This document shows positions 1 through 9,918 of a DNA stretch of 64,000 nt, in pieces. Source of the stretch: an uncultured Chloroflexia bacterium. GTDB taxonomy: Bacteria; Chloroflexota; Limnocylindria; Limnocylindrales; CSP1-4. The stretch covers positions 256,001 through 320,000 of the forward strand of contig CAVYIM010000004.1 of assembly GCA_963768655.1 (NCBI GenBank). Reading direction: 5' to 3'. Numbering within the stretch: position 1 is the first letter of the stretch; every line of letters begins with the position of its first letter. The notes beneath the pieces were generated by a model that was given only the letters and a program-made list of their open reading frames with translations, was not told where the DNA came from and made no database searches. The translations under genes and the position numbers were made by a program.

Positions 1-1315
1 AGTCGGGATCGCCAGCCAGCGCAACAGTGGCTTCACGTGGGACGCCGGCACGTGCCGGCCGTTCGCTGCCGCCATCTCCTGGCAGGACCTGCGCACCGGG
101 GACCTGCTGCGCGAGCTCCGCGCCCACGATCCGATCTGGTCGGAATCCCTCTGGCGTCTCGGTCAGCGGCCGGGTCCCTGGAACGCCTCGGTCCACCTCG
201 GCTGGCGGATGCGCCACGATCCCGCCTTCGCGAACGCCGCTCGTGCGGGGCGAATCCGGTTCGGCCTGTCCGCCGAGTGGTTGCTGGTCGCGCTCGGAAG
301 CCCGCGCGAGCACGCGATGGACTACTCCCTGGTGGACTCGCAGGGCCTCTTCGACATTCGCGAGGACCGCTACTGGCCGGAGTTCCTCAACTGGCTCGCC
401 ATCCCGCCCGAGATTCTGCCCGAGCCCAGGCCGACCCTCCACGACTACGGGACCCTTCGCGTCGAGAGCCGCGACGGCGAGCATGCCGACGTGCCTGTGC
501 TCGCCATGCTCGCCGACCAGCAGGCGGCCCTCTTCGGTTATGACTGCCGCGCCCCCGGCGACGCGGAGTGCACCCACGGGACGGCGACTTTCGTGGACGT
601 GTGCGTGGGCTCGACGGCTCCGGCTGCGCAGCGGATGCAGTCCTACTACGCCTGGGTGTTGCCCCACTCCGGACGCCCGGGCGACGTCGACTCCCTGGAC
701 CGCACCTACTGCCTCGAGGGCGACGCCACCGTCACCGGGGCCGTCATCCGCTGGTTACGCGAGACCGCCCGGCTGCTCGACGACGAGAAGGAGATCGGCC
801 CACTGGCCGCGACCGTGGAAGATGCCGGCGGCGTCATGTTCGTGCCCGCCTTCACGGGGCTCAACGTCCCGTATCTCGACAGCGACGCGCGCGGCTCCAT
901 CTTGGGACTGACGCTCGGCAGCAGCCGAGCGCAAATCGCGCGGGCCTTCCTGGATTCGCTCGGCTTCCAGGTCCGCGCGATCACGGACGAGGTCGCCGCC
1001 GAAACGGGTGTCCGAGTTACGCGCCTCAAGGTCGGCGGCGGGATCAGCGCGAGCGACCTCGCCTGCCAGCTTCAGGCCGACTGGCTCGGGTTCCCGGTAG
1101 AACGGCCGGCGTTCACCGACACCACGCCGCGTGCGGCGGCGCTCCTGGCGGGCTTCGGGGCCGGCGTCTGGTCCACGCTCGACGCGCTCCCGCGGCTGCC
1201 GGGCGAGACGACCACCTTCGAGCCACGCCTGTCCGCGGACGCGCGCGACGCCGGCTTCGAGCGCTGGCACCGCGCGGTCGAGAGCGTGCGCAAGTTCGGT
1301 ACCGGAGGCTCCTGA
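1..1315 (+). CDS. FGGY-family carbohydrate kinase (glycerol kinase-like), 5' truncated by window edge
   Basis: Frame is open from base 2: VGIASQRNSGFTWD...AISWQDLRT, later ADQQAALFG, FVPAFTGL.PY.DSDARG, LKVGGG; same frame as ORF 209..1315. Confidence 0.9.
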   Translation, partial: VGIASQRNSGFTWDAGTCRPFAAAISWQDLRTGDLLRELRAHDPIWSESLWRLGQRPGPWNASVHLGWRMRHDPAFANAARAGRIRFGLSAEWLLVALGSPREHAMDYSLVDSQGLFDIREDRYWPEFLNWLAIPPEILPEPRPTLHDYGTLRVESRDGEHADVPVLAMLADQQAALFGYDCRAPGDAECTHGTATFVDVCVGSTAPAAQRMQSYYAWVLPHSGRPGDVDSLDRTYCLEGDATVTGAVIRWLRETARLLDDEKEIGPLAATVEDAGGVMFVPAFTGLNVPYLDSDARGSILGLTLGSSRAQIARAFLDSLGFQVRAITDEVAAETGVRVTRLKVGGGISASDLACQLQADWLGFPVERPAFTDTTPRAAALLAGFGAGVWSTLDALPRLPGETTTFEPRLSADARDAGFERWHRAVESVRKFGTGGS

Positions 1316-1538
1316 TTCGACTCGGCGTCTGCTAATACCCGGAGCACTGGCCGGAACCGCGCCGGGCGACGGACGCGGCGCAGATGCGCGAACTCGGCCT
1401 CACGTTCCCCCGAACCTCGGCTCGGGGTGAATTGGCCATCGGCCGGGCGGGCCGCGCGCCATTCGACCAGGGCAGCCGATGCCTGGCGAGGCATCCTCGG
1501 CTTGACTTCGACGGTTCGGCGCCCCAGCCTGACTCGAG

Positions 1539-2174
1539 ATGCAGTTCTTCGACAATGCCTACGAGGGCACGCCCAGCTGGGACATAGGCCGGCCACAGGG
1601 GGCCGTTGTGCGCCTCGCGACCGCGGGCTCGATCTCGGGTCCGGTCCTGGACGTCGGCTGCGGCACGGGCGAGAACTCACTCTACCTCGCCGCGCTGGGG
1701 CACGAAGTGGTCGGAGTCGACCTGGCCCGGGCCGCCGTAGACAAGGCCAGAGCGAAGGCAACGCTGCGGGCGGCCGGCGCCAGTATCGAATTCCTACTGT
1801 GGGATGCGCTGCGCCTGGGGGAGATCGGCCGATCGTTCCAGACGGCCATCGACTGCGGCCTGTTCCACTGCCTCGCGTCCGGGCAGCGAGCGGCCTATGC
1901 CGCCAGCCTGCGAGGAGCTCTGGCACCGGGCGGACGCGCGTACCTGCTGTGCTGGAGTGCGCGCAATCCGCTCGGCTTCGGCCCGGAGCGCATCCACAAA
2001 TCGGACATACGAGCCGCCTTTCGCTCGGGCTGGTCAGTCGAGGCGATCGAGGAGGAGTTTCTCGAAACCCTTCTTCCCGTGCAGCTCGTGCACGCCTGGC
2101 TGGCTCGCCTCCGGAGAACGCCGGCGCTACATGATGGAGACGCACGGGGCCTCAGTCGCGCCCAACCCGAGTGA
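1539..2174 (+). CDS. Class I SAM-dependent methyltransferase
   Basis: PSWDIGRPQ N-terminus, VLDVGCGTG motif I, DCGLFH, LAPGGR. Confidence 0.9.
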   Translation: MQFFDNAYEGTPSWDIGRPQGAVVRLATAGSISGPVLDVGCGTGENSLYLAALGHEVVGVDLARAAVDKARAKATLRAAGASIEFLLWDALRLGEIGRSFQTAIDCGLFHCLASGQRAAYAASLRGALAPGGRAYLLCWSARNPLGFGPERIHKSDIRAAFRSGWSVEAIEEEFLETLLPVQLVHAWLARLRRTPALHDGDARGLSRAQPE

Positions 2175-2214
2175 TACTGCGAATTGCGGCGGCGCGGCGG
2201 CCTGATCCTCGAAG

Positions 2215-5200
2215 TCAACGAGACCGCTGCAGCGTGTCCCGCGGCAAGGTCACAGTCAGCCGGCGATACGTGCCCCGCCGCTCGAAGATCTCACGGCTCG
2301 CTTCCTGGCCCAACTCGGCTCCGTCGACGAGTTCGGTCTGGCCATCGGCCAGTTCCAGCTCGATCGAGAACCTCTCGCCCAGGTGATAGCAGATCGGGAC
2401 CTGGCAGTGAGTGAAGGCGAGACTTCCGGCTGGCAGATCGACCGCCGATTCGGTGCCCGAGACATCGAGCCATCGGAAGCGGCGCGCTTCGTCATTGAAC
2501 TCCGCGAGGTGAAGGAGGCGCGGCTGCAGGCGGAGACGACCGGCTACCACCTCGATCCCCAGCTCGCCGAGTCGCGTGAGGATCTGCTCCTTCACCTGGC
2601 CGGTCATGCCCGGTTGCTGCGCGCCCCTGTGCCTGGGCGTATGGGAGTACGGGTCCGTCGGGAATGCGCCATACGTCTCGGCGTTCTTGCGGAAGTTGAG
2701 GCCGTCGCGGATGTCGTCGTAGAACTCCGCCAGAGCTGCGGCCGCCACGGGGTCGACGGCACGGCGGTGGCAGCCCTGGACCGCCAGCAAGAGCTTGGCG
2801 ACCATGTGCCAGTAGATGCTGCCCAACCCCTCGAACGCGAAGAAGGTGCCGCTGCGGCCCGTGAACTCGTCATGCGAGAAGGTCGCCCGCCATAGCTTCC
2901 GCACGGCCGCGGCCTGGCTCGGGGACGCGTTCGCGAGCTCGAGCCGGCGGTTGACGTCCGCCATCGTGCTCAGGTCGGCCTGGAAGTGCCACGCGCCCGA
3001 GCGATCCGCGACGAACAGCCCGGGGTCCGTGATCGGAGGCGAGCCGTCGAGCGTGTTCCTCTGGAGGAACGGCGTGAGCGTCCGGTCCGGATAGAGGAGG
3101 TAGCTGTGCTGGTCGGCGCGATACAGGTCGCTCGCTCGCAGCGCGCGCAGGAGGGCCACCGCCCCGCCGTCGCCGAGCAGACCCGAGTCGAGCACTGCGA
3201 CCTGCCCCTCGAGCATCGGGCCGAGGCGGTCCACGGTCGCCCGCTCACCTTCGATCCGGAGCAGGTTGTAGCTGTGGTAGAGGCCATCCGGACGCCGGCT
3301 CCCCCGCAAGGTCTCCTCGATCACGGGGGTCGCAGCCGCGACGAGTGCCCGCACCGCCGCCGTCGGCGTGGGGACGTCGTCCCCGAAGTCTCCGTCGTAC
3401 AAGGCCCGGCGATGGTCCTCGCCGGCGCGGCCCAGCTCGACCACGACCCCGTAGCGCCGCGCGTCGTCGAAAGGTCCGCTCGCCTTCTCGAGGATCAGGG
3501 TCACCTTCTCCAGGAGGCGCGCCACGGGCGCCGAGATGGGAATGTCGAGATCGGCCGCAGCGAGGCTGCCCAGCAGCGCCAGGTAGCGCGGGATCGCGCT
3601 CAGCGTGACGATGGACAGGCCCCACCCGGCCAGCGCGTTGTTGGCGTCGTTCCACTCGGGGCGCTGCGTGTTCAGCCAGATGCCACCGCCCGGGACGAAG
3701 TTCGTGAGCTTGACGAGGAGTGGCACGAGGAGCTTCTCGAGCAGCGTGACGAGCCGGACCTCGCCGCTGCCGTCGTGGATCAGCTTGCCGTCGGCCCCCA
3801 GATCACGGCTCGCGCCGACGAGGGAGTCGTGCAGAGCCTGGTCCAACGTGATCGTCGCTCGAGGGTTGGCAAGCACCGCTGCGAAGTCGGCGATGCGATA
3901 GGGCACGTTCGCGTACGCGTAGATCCGCTCCCCGAGCGTCGCGGCCAGTGCGCCGGGCTCGTGCCGCTCGTAGCTCTCGAGGAGCCGGAGCAGGTAGACG
4001 ATCTGGTGGTCTCCCCAGTAGCCGATGTGGCTCCAGGGATCGCTCGGATCCTGGACCTCCCATTCGAACCCGGATCGCGAGATGCGGTAGGGGTTGTACC
4101 CGTCTGCGGTCGAAGCGTTAAGAAAGACGGCGATGAACTGCCCCAGGTAGCCCGGGAAGCTCTGGCCCAGGGCCTCCCAGTTCTGGAAGATGTCGCGCCA
4201 GTTGCCCTGGTAGCCATAGACCGGCCTGCCCGAAGAATCCCGGACGCGGATCGAGAACGTGTTCCACGGCCGGCTCGGGTCGCCGTGCCGGCGGCCGAAC
4301 GTCAGGGGAACGTAGGAGCGCACGAGGCGGACCAGCTGCGGATCGTCGCGCCCGGCAGCCTCTCGCCACAGCTCTTGCAGAGTCAAAGCCACCGGTAACC
4401 CTTCGACCCACAGGCGGTGACGCTCGAAGAGGGTCCGGTTCTGCTCCCGAAGGTATAACGCGAGATCCTGGATCGGGACGCTGTACCCATGCTCGAAGGA
4501 CCCGCCGCGCATGATGTTGAACAGGACGTTCGAGAAGTGATTGGCAGCGGCCGCTTCGTCCGCCGACTGCTGCAATCCATCGGCGCCGGCAACGCGGCGC
4601 CGCACGCCTGCGCTGTTGGCGGCGACGGCCGCCTCCAGTGCCGCCTGGAGCTGCGCCGGCGCGGCGAGAGAATCTCGCAAGTCGAGGACCGCCGCGTGGT
4701 CCAGGCCGGTGTCGGCGACCGTGTACCAGGAGTGCCCACCGCCAGCGGGAAGGTGCAGGCCGTCGGCGACGAGGTAGGCGCCGATCTCGCCCCGGACCTC
4801 CGACTCCGGATGCACGCCGGCGCCGCGACGGAACGACTCGAGCTGGCGATCGCTCAGCAGAATCACCGGGTTGGGGTGACCGACCGACCATGCGGCCGCC
4901 ACACGAAGGGACTCGGAGGGCTCGGGGCGGTCGGTGATCACGGCGTTCAGCGAGTAGACCCCGAGTGGCACGTCGGCCAGCCGTTCGTGGCGCATGTATG
5001 CCGCCGCGAGGTAGCTGTACCGGGCCCAGGTCTCCTGGTCGACTCCGGGCGGGATGAGCTGATGCCAGCCGTCGACGTAGCGGATGTCGGCTGGTTCGCC
5101 GCCAATCTCGTCGATCCGGGCGCGTCGGACGAGGCCGAATCGGTCGCACGCCGAGACGCTCCAGCGGAACCGCAGGCCCAGGTCGCGATTGATTTCTTCG

Positions 5201-5610
5201 AACAGAACGGCCGTCCCGTCGATCCGCTTGTACAGGTTGCGGGTGATGCGGTAGACGCGCGGTGCGTCGAGCCACGGCTCCCACAACGACGTGTCTTCCC
5301 CGCGCGAGACGAGGACGATGGTGCGTGCCCCGCTCGTCGTCGGATCGCGGAGGATCTTGTCGACCGTCTGGTAGGGGAAGAGGGCGGTGTCCGGGCTGCG
5401 GCGACCCGCCACGAATGGTCCGTTCGAGCCGATGAAGAGCCACGCGTCGCTGTCGCTCGCAATGCTCATCAGGAACGGCGCCATCTGGTCGACGTTGCAG
5501 ATGCGGGCATATCGCTCGCCGTCGATCGTCTCAAACCCGCCGCTGACGGCGACGCCGGGCACCTGGCAGACTGCGGCCCCGAGGTGGATCGCGCGGACGG
5601 GGGCCGTCAT
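2215..5610 (-). CDS. Large glycoside phosphorylase, GH149-like (beta-1,3-glucan phosphorylase family)
   Basis: About 1130 aa; RRHGDPSRPWN, YQGNWRDIFQNWEAL, WLNTQRPEWNDANNAL, EGLGSIYWHM, PTDPYSHTP..GAQQPGMTGQVKE are motifs I recall from GH149; start may extend to 5643. Confidence 0.75.
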   Translation of the reverse strand: MTAPVRAIHLGAAVCQVPGVAVSGGFETIDGERYARICNVDQMAPFLMSIASDSDAWLFIGSNGPFVAGRRSPDTALFPYQTVDKILRDPTTSGARTIVLVSRGEDTSLWEPWLDAPRVYRITRNLYKRIDGTAVLFEEINRDLGLRFRWSVSACDRFGLVRRARIDEIGGEPADIRYVDGWHQLIPPGVDQETWARYSYLAAAYMRHERLADVPLGVYSLNAVITDRPEPSESLRVAAAWSVGHPNPVILLSDRQLESFRRGAGVHPESEVRGEIGAYLVADGLHLPAGGGHSWYTVADTGLDHAAVLDLRDSLAAPAQLQAALEAAVAANSAGVRRRVAGADGLQQSADEAAAANHFSNVLFNIMRGGSFEHGYSVPIQDLALYLREQNRTLFERHRLWVEGLPVALTLQELWREAAGRDDPQLVRLVRSYVPLTFGRRHGDPSRPWNTFSIRVRDSSGRPVYGYQGNWRDIFQNWEALGQSFPGYLGQFIAVFLNASTADGYNPYRISRSGFEWEVQDPSDPWSHIGYWGDHQIVYLLRLLESYERHEPGALAATLGERIYAYANVPYRIADFAAVLANPRATITLDQALHDSLVGASRDLGADGKLIHDGSGEVRLVTLLEKLLVPLLVKLTNFVPGGGIWLNTQRPEWNDANNALAGWGLSIVTLSAIPRYLALLGSLAAADLDIPISAPVARLLEKVTLILEKASGPFDDARRYGVVVELGRAGEDHRRALYDGDFGDDVPTPTAAVRALVAAATPVIEETLRGSRRPDGLYHSYNLLRIEGERATVDRLGPMLEGQVAVLDSGLLGDGGAVALLRALRASDLYRADQHSYLLYPDRTLTPFLQRNTLDGSPPITDPGLFVADRSGAWHFQADLSTMADVNRRLELANASPSQAAAVRKLWRATFSHDEFTGRSGTFFAFEGLGSIYWHMVAKLLLAVQGCHRRAVDPVAAAALAEFYDDIRDGLNFRKNAETYGAFPTDPYSHTPRHRGAQQPGMTGQVKEQILTRLGELGIEVVAGRLRLQPRLLHLAEFNDEARRFRWLDVSGTESAVDLPAGSLAFTHCQVPICYHLGERFSIELELADGQTELVDGAELGQEASREIFERRGTYRRLTVTLPRDTLQRSR

Positions 5611-5733
5611 GGGGCTGTCTCCTGATCTCGGGGTCAACCGCATGTCCGCAACTCTACCAGTGGCCTACGGACGCATTCTCGCCGCTGGCATCCGGACTCG
5701 CGCCCAGGCGCCCGCTCGGATGCCTTCGTCTTC

Positions 5734-5875
5734 GTGACGCCCGAACAGGCTCAGCTCATCGACGACTCCGGCGCAGTGCGGCCCAACGAGGTGATGACGT
5801 GCTCAACCGAAGCCATGCTCGACGGGATGGCCCGGATCACCGCCCTCATCCGGCCCAAGGTGCCGGTGACCATCG
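5734..5875 (+). pseudogene. Possible C-terminal remnant of an NAD(P)H-dependent FMN reductase
   Basis: AQLIDDSGAVRPNEVMTCSTEAMLDGMARITALIRP resembles the final helix of actinobacterial FMN reductases; no N-terminal part present. Confidence 0.35.
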
Positions 5876-5957
5876 AGCCCCCGGCCCTCGTCGGCGGACC
5901 GATGCGACGAGTACCTGCCGCGGACCTTCGGCCCGGACGGGCCCTGCCGGCCGGGCC

Positions 5958-7592
5958 TCAAGCCACTGACACCTGCACCTGGTCGAGCCCGGTTGCTCCC
6001 GCCGGCCCGGGGCCGCTCTGCGTTGCGGTCTGCACGGCGCCCGTCCCATCCGTCGCACGGACCTCGATGGTGTGCGCGCCCGGCGTCGCCTGCCAGCGCA
6101 CCATCCATTGCACCCACGTCGCCCTGGAGATGGCACGGCTGAGCTGGGCCGACTGCCACGGCCCGTCATCGATCCGGACGTCGACGCTCGCGACGCCGCG
6201 ATCCGGTGCCCAGGCGAGCCCGTCGATGTCGACCGGTCCCGCCGCCAGGTTGGCGCCGTCGGATGGGTGGTCTATGCGCGACTCGGTCAGGATCGGCCCG
6301 TCCTTGGCCCAGCCCAGGGCGACCCAGTAGGCGTCGAACGCCTCCCGCGTGGTCAGCTCGATCTCGGAGAGCCACTTGGTCGCCGACACGTAGCCGTAGA
6401 GGCCGGGCACGATGAGGCGGGCGGGATAGCCGTGCTCCGCCGGCAGCGGCACCCGGTTCATGCCCACCGCGATCATCGGCTCCCTCGACGGATCGAGCGC
6501 CCACGACGTGGGAAAGCCGACCGTGAATCCGTCGACCGAGCGGCCGACGATCTGCGTGGCGCCCGCCTGCGCTCCTGCCCTGGCCAGGACCTCCTTGAGG
6601 TGGACGCCGGTCCAGAGCGTGTTGCCGATCAGGTCCCCGCCGACGGTGTTGCTCACGCACGCGAGCGTCACGTACTGCTCGAAGAGCGGCAGCGCCACCA
6701 GCTCCGGATAGGTGAAGGTGAGGGGATGGTCGACCATGCCGGTCACCTTGAGCTGCCAGGTGGACGCGTCCACCTGCGGCACGAGCAGCTCGGTGTCGAT
6801 TCGGTAGAAGCTGTCGTTGGGGATGACGATCGGAGTGATCCCGGGGGCGGCCAGCGATTCGTCGGCGGTCAGGGGCGGCGCAGTGTCGGTCGGCGCCGGC
6901 AGGTTCGCCGACACGGGGACGCCGGCGGGGTGCTGGCGATCGAGGAGCCCGCGGCCGAAGGCCCCCAGGGCGAGGGCGCCGACGAGGAAGCCCCCGGATC
7001 GAATCAGGAAGCGGCGCCGGTTCCAGTCCTGGACGAGAAAGGAGGTGGAGTCCACGGCGGCCACAGAGCTTCCTGCCCGGGCCGGGCCCGGTCGACCCAC
7101 GCGCACTGGCGCCAGGAACCCGGCCTCCGCGAGAAGGATCCTGAGCGTGGCGATGCTCGCGGCCGTGGCGACCGCGGCGTTCACCGCGGCCAGGACCTGT
7201 GAATTAAGCGGCTGCAGCGCGGCGGCCGCGAAGGCGACGAATCCGAACCCAACCAGGACTTGCGCCGCGAGGCCGAAGCTGCGGCGACCCAGGCTTCCGG
7301 CAGCCGCCGCGATGAGCAGGGCCACCACGACGACCGCGACGGTCAGCGCCGTCTTGTCGTTGGTACCGAACAGCGTGGCCATGACATCCTTGGCGCCGGG
7401 TGGCTGCAGGGCGATGACGAGGCTCCCGACCGCGACGACGAGCGACGGTACTCCCGGAATGAGCCCCGCCAGCAGCTCGCTCGCCCCTATCCCCATGGCC
7501 CCGGCGATCACTCCTGCCAGCGCGGCGCGCGGAATCGACCGCCCAGTCGAGGATCCAGGTGTCGAACGGCGGCCGGCCGCTGTCCCGGTCAT
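5958..7592 (-). CDS. Membrane-anchored sulfite-oxidase-family molybdopterin oxidoreductase
   Basis: Several N-terminal hydrophobic helices, internal RRRFL, FYRIDT, TLACVSN (Mo-ligating Cys), EHGYPARLIVPGLYGYVSATKW, C-terminal Ig-like dimerisation domain; start chosen at ATG 7592 after GGGAGA. Confidence 0.9.
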   Translation of the reverse strand: MTGTAAGRRSTPGSSTGRSIPRAALAGVIAGAMGIGASELLAGLIPGVPSLVVAVGSLVIALQPPGAKDVMATLFGTNDKTALTVAVVVVALLIAAAAGSLGRRSFGLAAQVLVGFGFVAFAAAALQPLNSQVLAAVNAAVATAASIATLRILLAEAGFLAPVRVGRPGPARAGSSVAAVDSTSFLVQDWNRRRFLIRSGGFLVGALALGAFGRGLLDRQHPAGVPVSANLPAPTDTAPPLTADESLAAPGITPIVIPNDSFYRIDTELLVPQVDASTWQLKVTGMVDHPLTFTYPELVALPLFEQYVTLACVSNTVGGDLIGNTLWTGVHLKEVLARAGAQAGATQIVGRSVDGFTVGFPTSWALDPSREPMIAVGMNRVPLPAEHGYPARLIVPGLYGYVSATKWLSEIELTTREAFDAYWVALGWAKDGPILTESRIDHPSDGANLAAGPVDIDGLAWAPDRGVASVDVRIDDGPWQSAQLSRAISRATWVQWMVRWQATPGAHTIEVRATDGTGAVQTATQSGPGPAGATGLDQVQVSVA

Positions 7593-7924
7593 GAGCTGAT
7601 CTCCCGATAGGCGGGGGCCTCGATGGTTGGGGCGGGGGCGGCAGTCGGTTTCACGGCGAGTAGATCTCGGCTGAGGAGCGCGGCGGCTCTCACAGCCTGC
7701 ATCGTAGGCCCCCGGAACTCTGACGTGCGAATTCCCGACGGCGGTTTCAGCGGGCGTGCCGGGGGTGCGGGCGTGCCGGGGCCCGAGGTCGGGCGTCCCG
7801 GCGCGTGTCAGACCTGCGACCCGGAGGCGGCCGCAGACACGCGCCCGAGCGGCTCGGGCATCATTGACCACGACGTGGCACTCTGGCGGCGAAGGCCGAG
7901 GCGGCTGAAGGAGAAACGCGGTCG

Positions 7925-9289
7925 ATGGCGAACGAACCCAGTCCGATGCAGAGCGTCGAAGAGGCACAGGAGCAGCTGCTGGCGGCGGTGGGCGCCCCAC
8001 TGCCCGCCGAGGATGTGCCGCTCGACGAAGCGCTCGACCGAGTGCTCGCGGAGCCGATCCAGGGCGCCCTGGACGTGCCGCCCTGGGACAACAGCTCCAT
8101 GGACGGGTTCGCGGTCCGCGCCGCCGACGTCGCCGGCGCCTCGCCGGAATCGCCGGTTCGGCTGCGCGTCGTGGGCGAGGTGCAGGCAGGCGGCTCGCCC
8201 GACATCGAACTGTCGTCCGGCTGCGCGATCCGGATCGCGACCGGGGCGCGGGTCCCCTCAGCGGCAGACGCGGTCGTGCCCGTCGAGTCGACGATCGTCC
8301 TGGAGATGGGGAGTGGCCCCGCGGGCGGCGACGCTGCGGGTTCCGGCTCGCCGCGTGCGATGGGGTTCCGGGCGGGCGAGCCGCTGCCCGAGGCCTGCCT
8401 GGTGACCGCCGGCGTCGACCCGGGCGCCTTCATCCGTCGTCGCGGCGAAGACGTGCGCGCGGGAACGGTCGTGCTCGAACCCGGTCGGCGCCTCAGGCCG
8501 GCGCAGATCGCGCTGAGCGCGGCAGTCGGCCTGGGTTCTGTGAGGGTCCATCGCCGGCCGGTGGTGGGCGTGCTGTCCACCGGGGACGAGCTGCGTCGTG
8601 CCGGGCAGCCGCTCGGCGAGCTGGGCATCCCCGACGCCAACCGGCCCGGCCTGCTCGCGCTGTGCCGCGGTACGGGCGCGCTGGCGGTCGATCTCGGGAT
8701 CGCCGGCGACACGGTCGAATTGGTCCTCGGCGCCCTGCGACCCGCGGTCGGGCGGGCGGACGTGCTGATCGTGAGCGGCGGCGTGTCGGTCGGGCCGTAC
8801 GACGTAGTTCGGGCGGCGTTCGAGGAGATCGGCCGGGTGGAGCTGTGGCGGGTCGCCGTCCAGCCCGGCAAACCGTTCGCGTTCGGCCGGTCGATGCCCC
8901 GCGAGTCGGACGGACGGAGGGTGCTTCTGCTCGGCCTGCCCGGCAACCCGGTGTCGACCTTCGTCACCTTCCAGCTGTTCGTCTGGCCGGTCCTGGAGCG
9001 GCTTTCCGGCATCCCGTCCCCGACCGTGGACGCAGACCGGGCGGTCACGGAGGACAGGCTGCGCAAGGACGTTGGGAGGCGCGGCTTCCTCCGGGTCGTG
9101 GTGATCCGCGACGAGCGGGGCGACCCGGTTCGCGACGGTCGGGGCAGGTTGCGGGTCCGCCAGGCCGGCCACCAGGGCAGCCATGTGCTGAGTGCTTTGG
9201 CCGCCGCCGACGCGCTCGCCGTCGTGCCGGAAGCGGCAGGCGAGCTGGAACCCGGAGCGGAGGTGGAGATCCGATGGCTGCGAAGGTGA
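7925..9289 (+). CDS. moeA: Molybdopterin molybdotransferase
   Basis: PPWDNSSMDGFAV, IATGA, STGDEL, SGGVSVG.YD, QPGKP, GLPGNPVS; GAAGGAG RBS. Confidence 0.95.
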   Translation: MANEPSPMQSVEEAQEQLLAAVGAPLPAEDVPLDEALDRVLAEPIQGALDVPPWDNSSMDGFAVRAADVAGASPESPVRLRVVGEVQAGGSPDIELSSGCAIRIATGARVPSAADAVVPVESTIVLEMGSGPAGGDAAGSGSPRAMGFRAGEPLPEACLVTAGVDPGAFIRRRGEDVRAGTVVLEPGRRLRPAQIALSAAVGLGSVRVHRRPVVGVLSTGDELRRAGQPLGELGIPDANRPGLLALCRGTGALAVDLGIAGDTVELVLGALRPAVGRADVLIVSGGVSVGPYDVVRAAFEEIGRVELWRVAVQPGKPFAFGRSMPRESDGRRVLLLGLPGNPVSTFVTFQLFVWPVLERLSGIPSPTVDADRAVTEDRLRKDVGRRGFLRVVVIRDERGDPVRDGRGRLRVRQAGHQGSHVLSALAAADALAVVPEAAGELEPGAEVEIRWLRR

Positions 9290-9903
9290 AGGCCGGCGAC
9301 CGCGGCGCGGGCTCGGGTCCCGGCGAGAAGTCGGAGATGGCTGGCGACCGGGGTGGGGGAGATCGCCGCGCGCTGGTCGTGACGGTGAGCGACGGGGTCT
9401 CGGCAGGCCTGCGCGAGGACGTCAGCGGCAATGCGGTGGCCGGGCGGCTCGACGAGCTCGGCTTCGCGGTCGAGCGGGCGGTCGTGCCCGATGAGCAAGC
9501 CCAGATCGGGCGACTCCTGGCCGCGGCGGCCGAAGGCCACGAGCTCATCCTCACCACAGGCGGCACCGGTCTGACGCCGCGCGACGTGACGCCCCAGGCT
9601 ACCCTCACCGTCCTCGACTACGAGGTGCCGGGCCTGCCCGAGCGGATGCGATCGGAGGGCGCGCGATCTACCCCGATGGCGTACCTGAGCCGGGCCGTGG
9701 CCGGAGTGCTGCGGCGGTGCCTCATCGTCAACCTGCCGGGCAGCCCGGGCGGCGCGCTGGACTCCCTGGCGGCGCTCGAGCCGATCCTGGACCACGCCCT
9801 GGTGACGCTCGCCGGGCCGTTCGACCACGACGAGGGTCGCGGCGGCGGCCGGGCGCTCCGTGCCGATCCGGCGAGGCGGCCGCCTCGCGTCCCGCGTTCC
9901 TGA
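9274..9903 (+). CDS. MogA/MoaB-family molybdopterin adenylyltransferase
   Basis: VTVSD, TTGGTGLTPRDVTP, LSRAVAG, NLPGSP; start 9274 or 9337. Confidence 0.9.
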   Translation: MAAKVKAGDRGAGSGPGEKSEMAGDRGGGDRRALVVTVSDGVSAGLREDVSGNAVAGRLDELGFAVERAVVPDEQAQIGRLLAAAAEGHELILTTGGTGLTPRDVTPQATLTVLDYEVPGLPERMRSEGARSTPMAYLSRAVAGVLRRCLIVNLPGSPGGALDSLAALEPILDHALVTLAGPFDHDEGRGGGRALRADPARRPPRVPRS

Positions 9904-9918
9904 GGCACCCCGGCCACA

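Noticed and set aside
1-1315. FGGY kinase as part of an apiose-type transketolase pathway with 37589..39441
   Set aside because: 36 kb apart with unrelated genes in between, and no isomerase seen; no support for linkage
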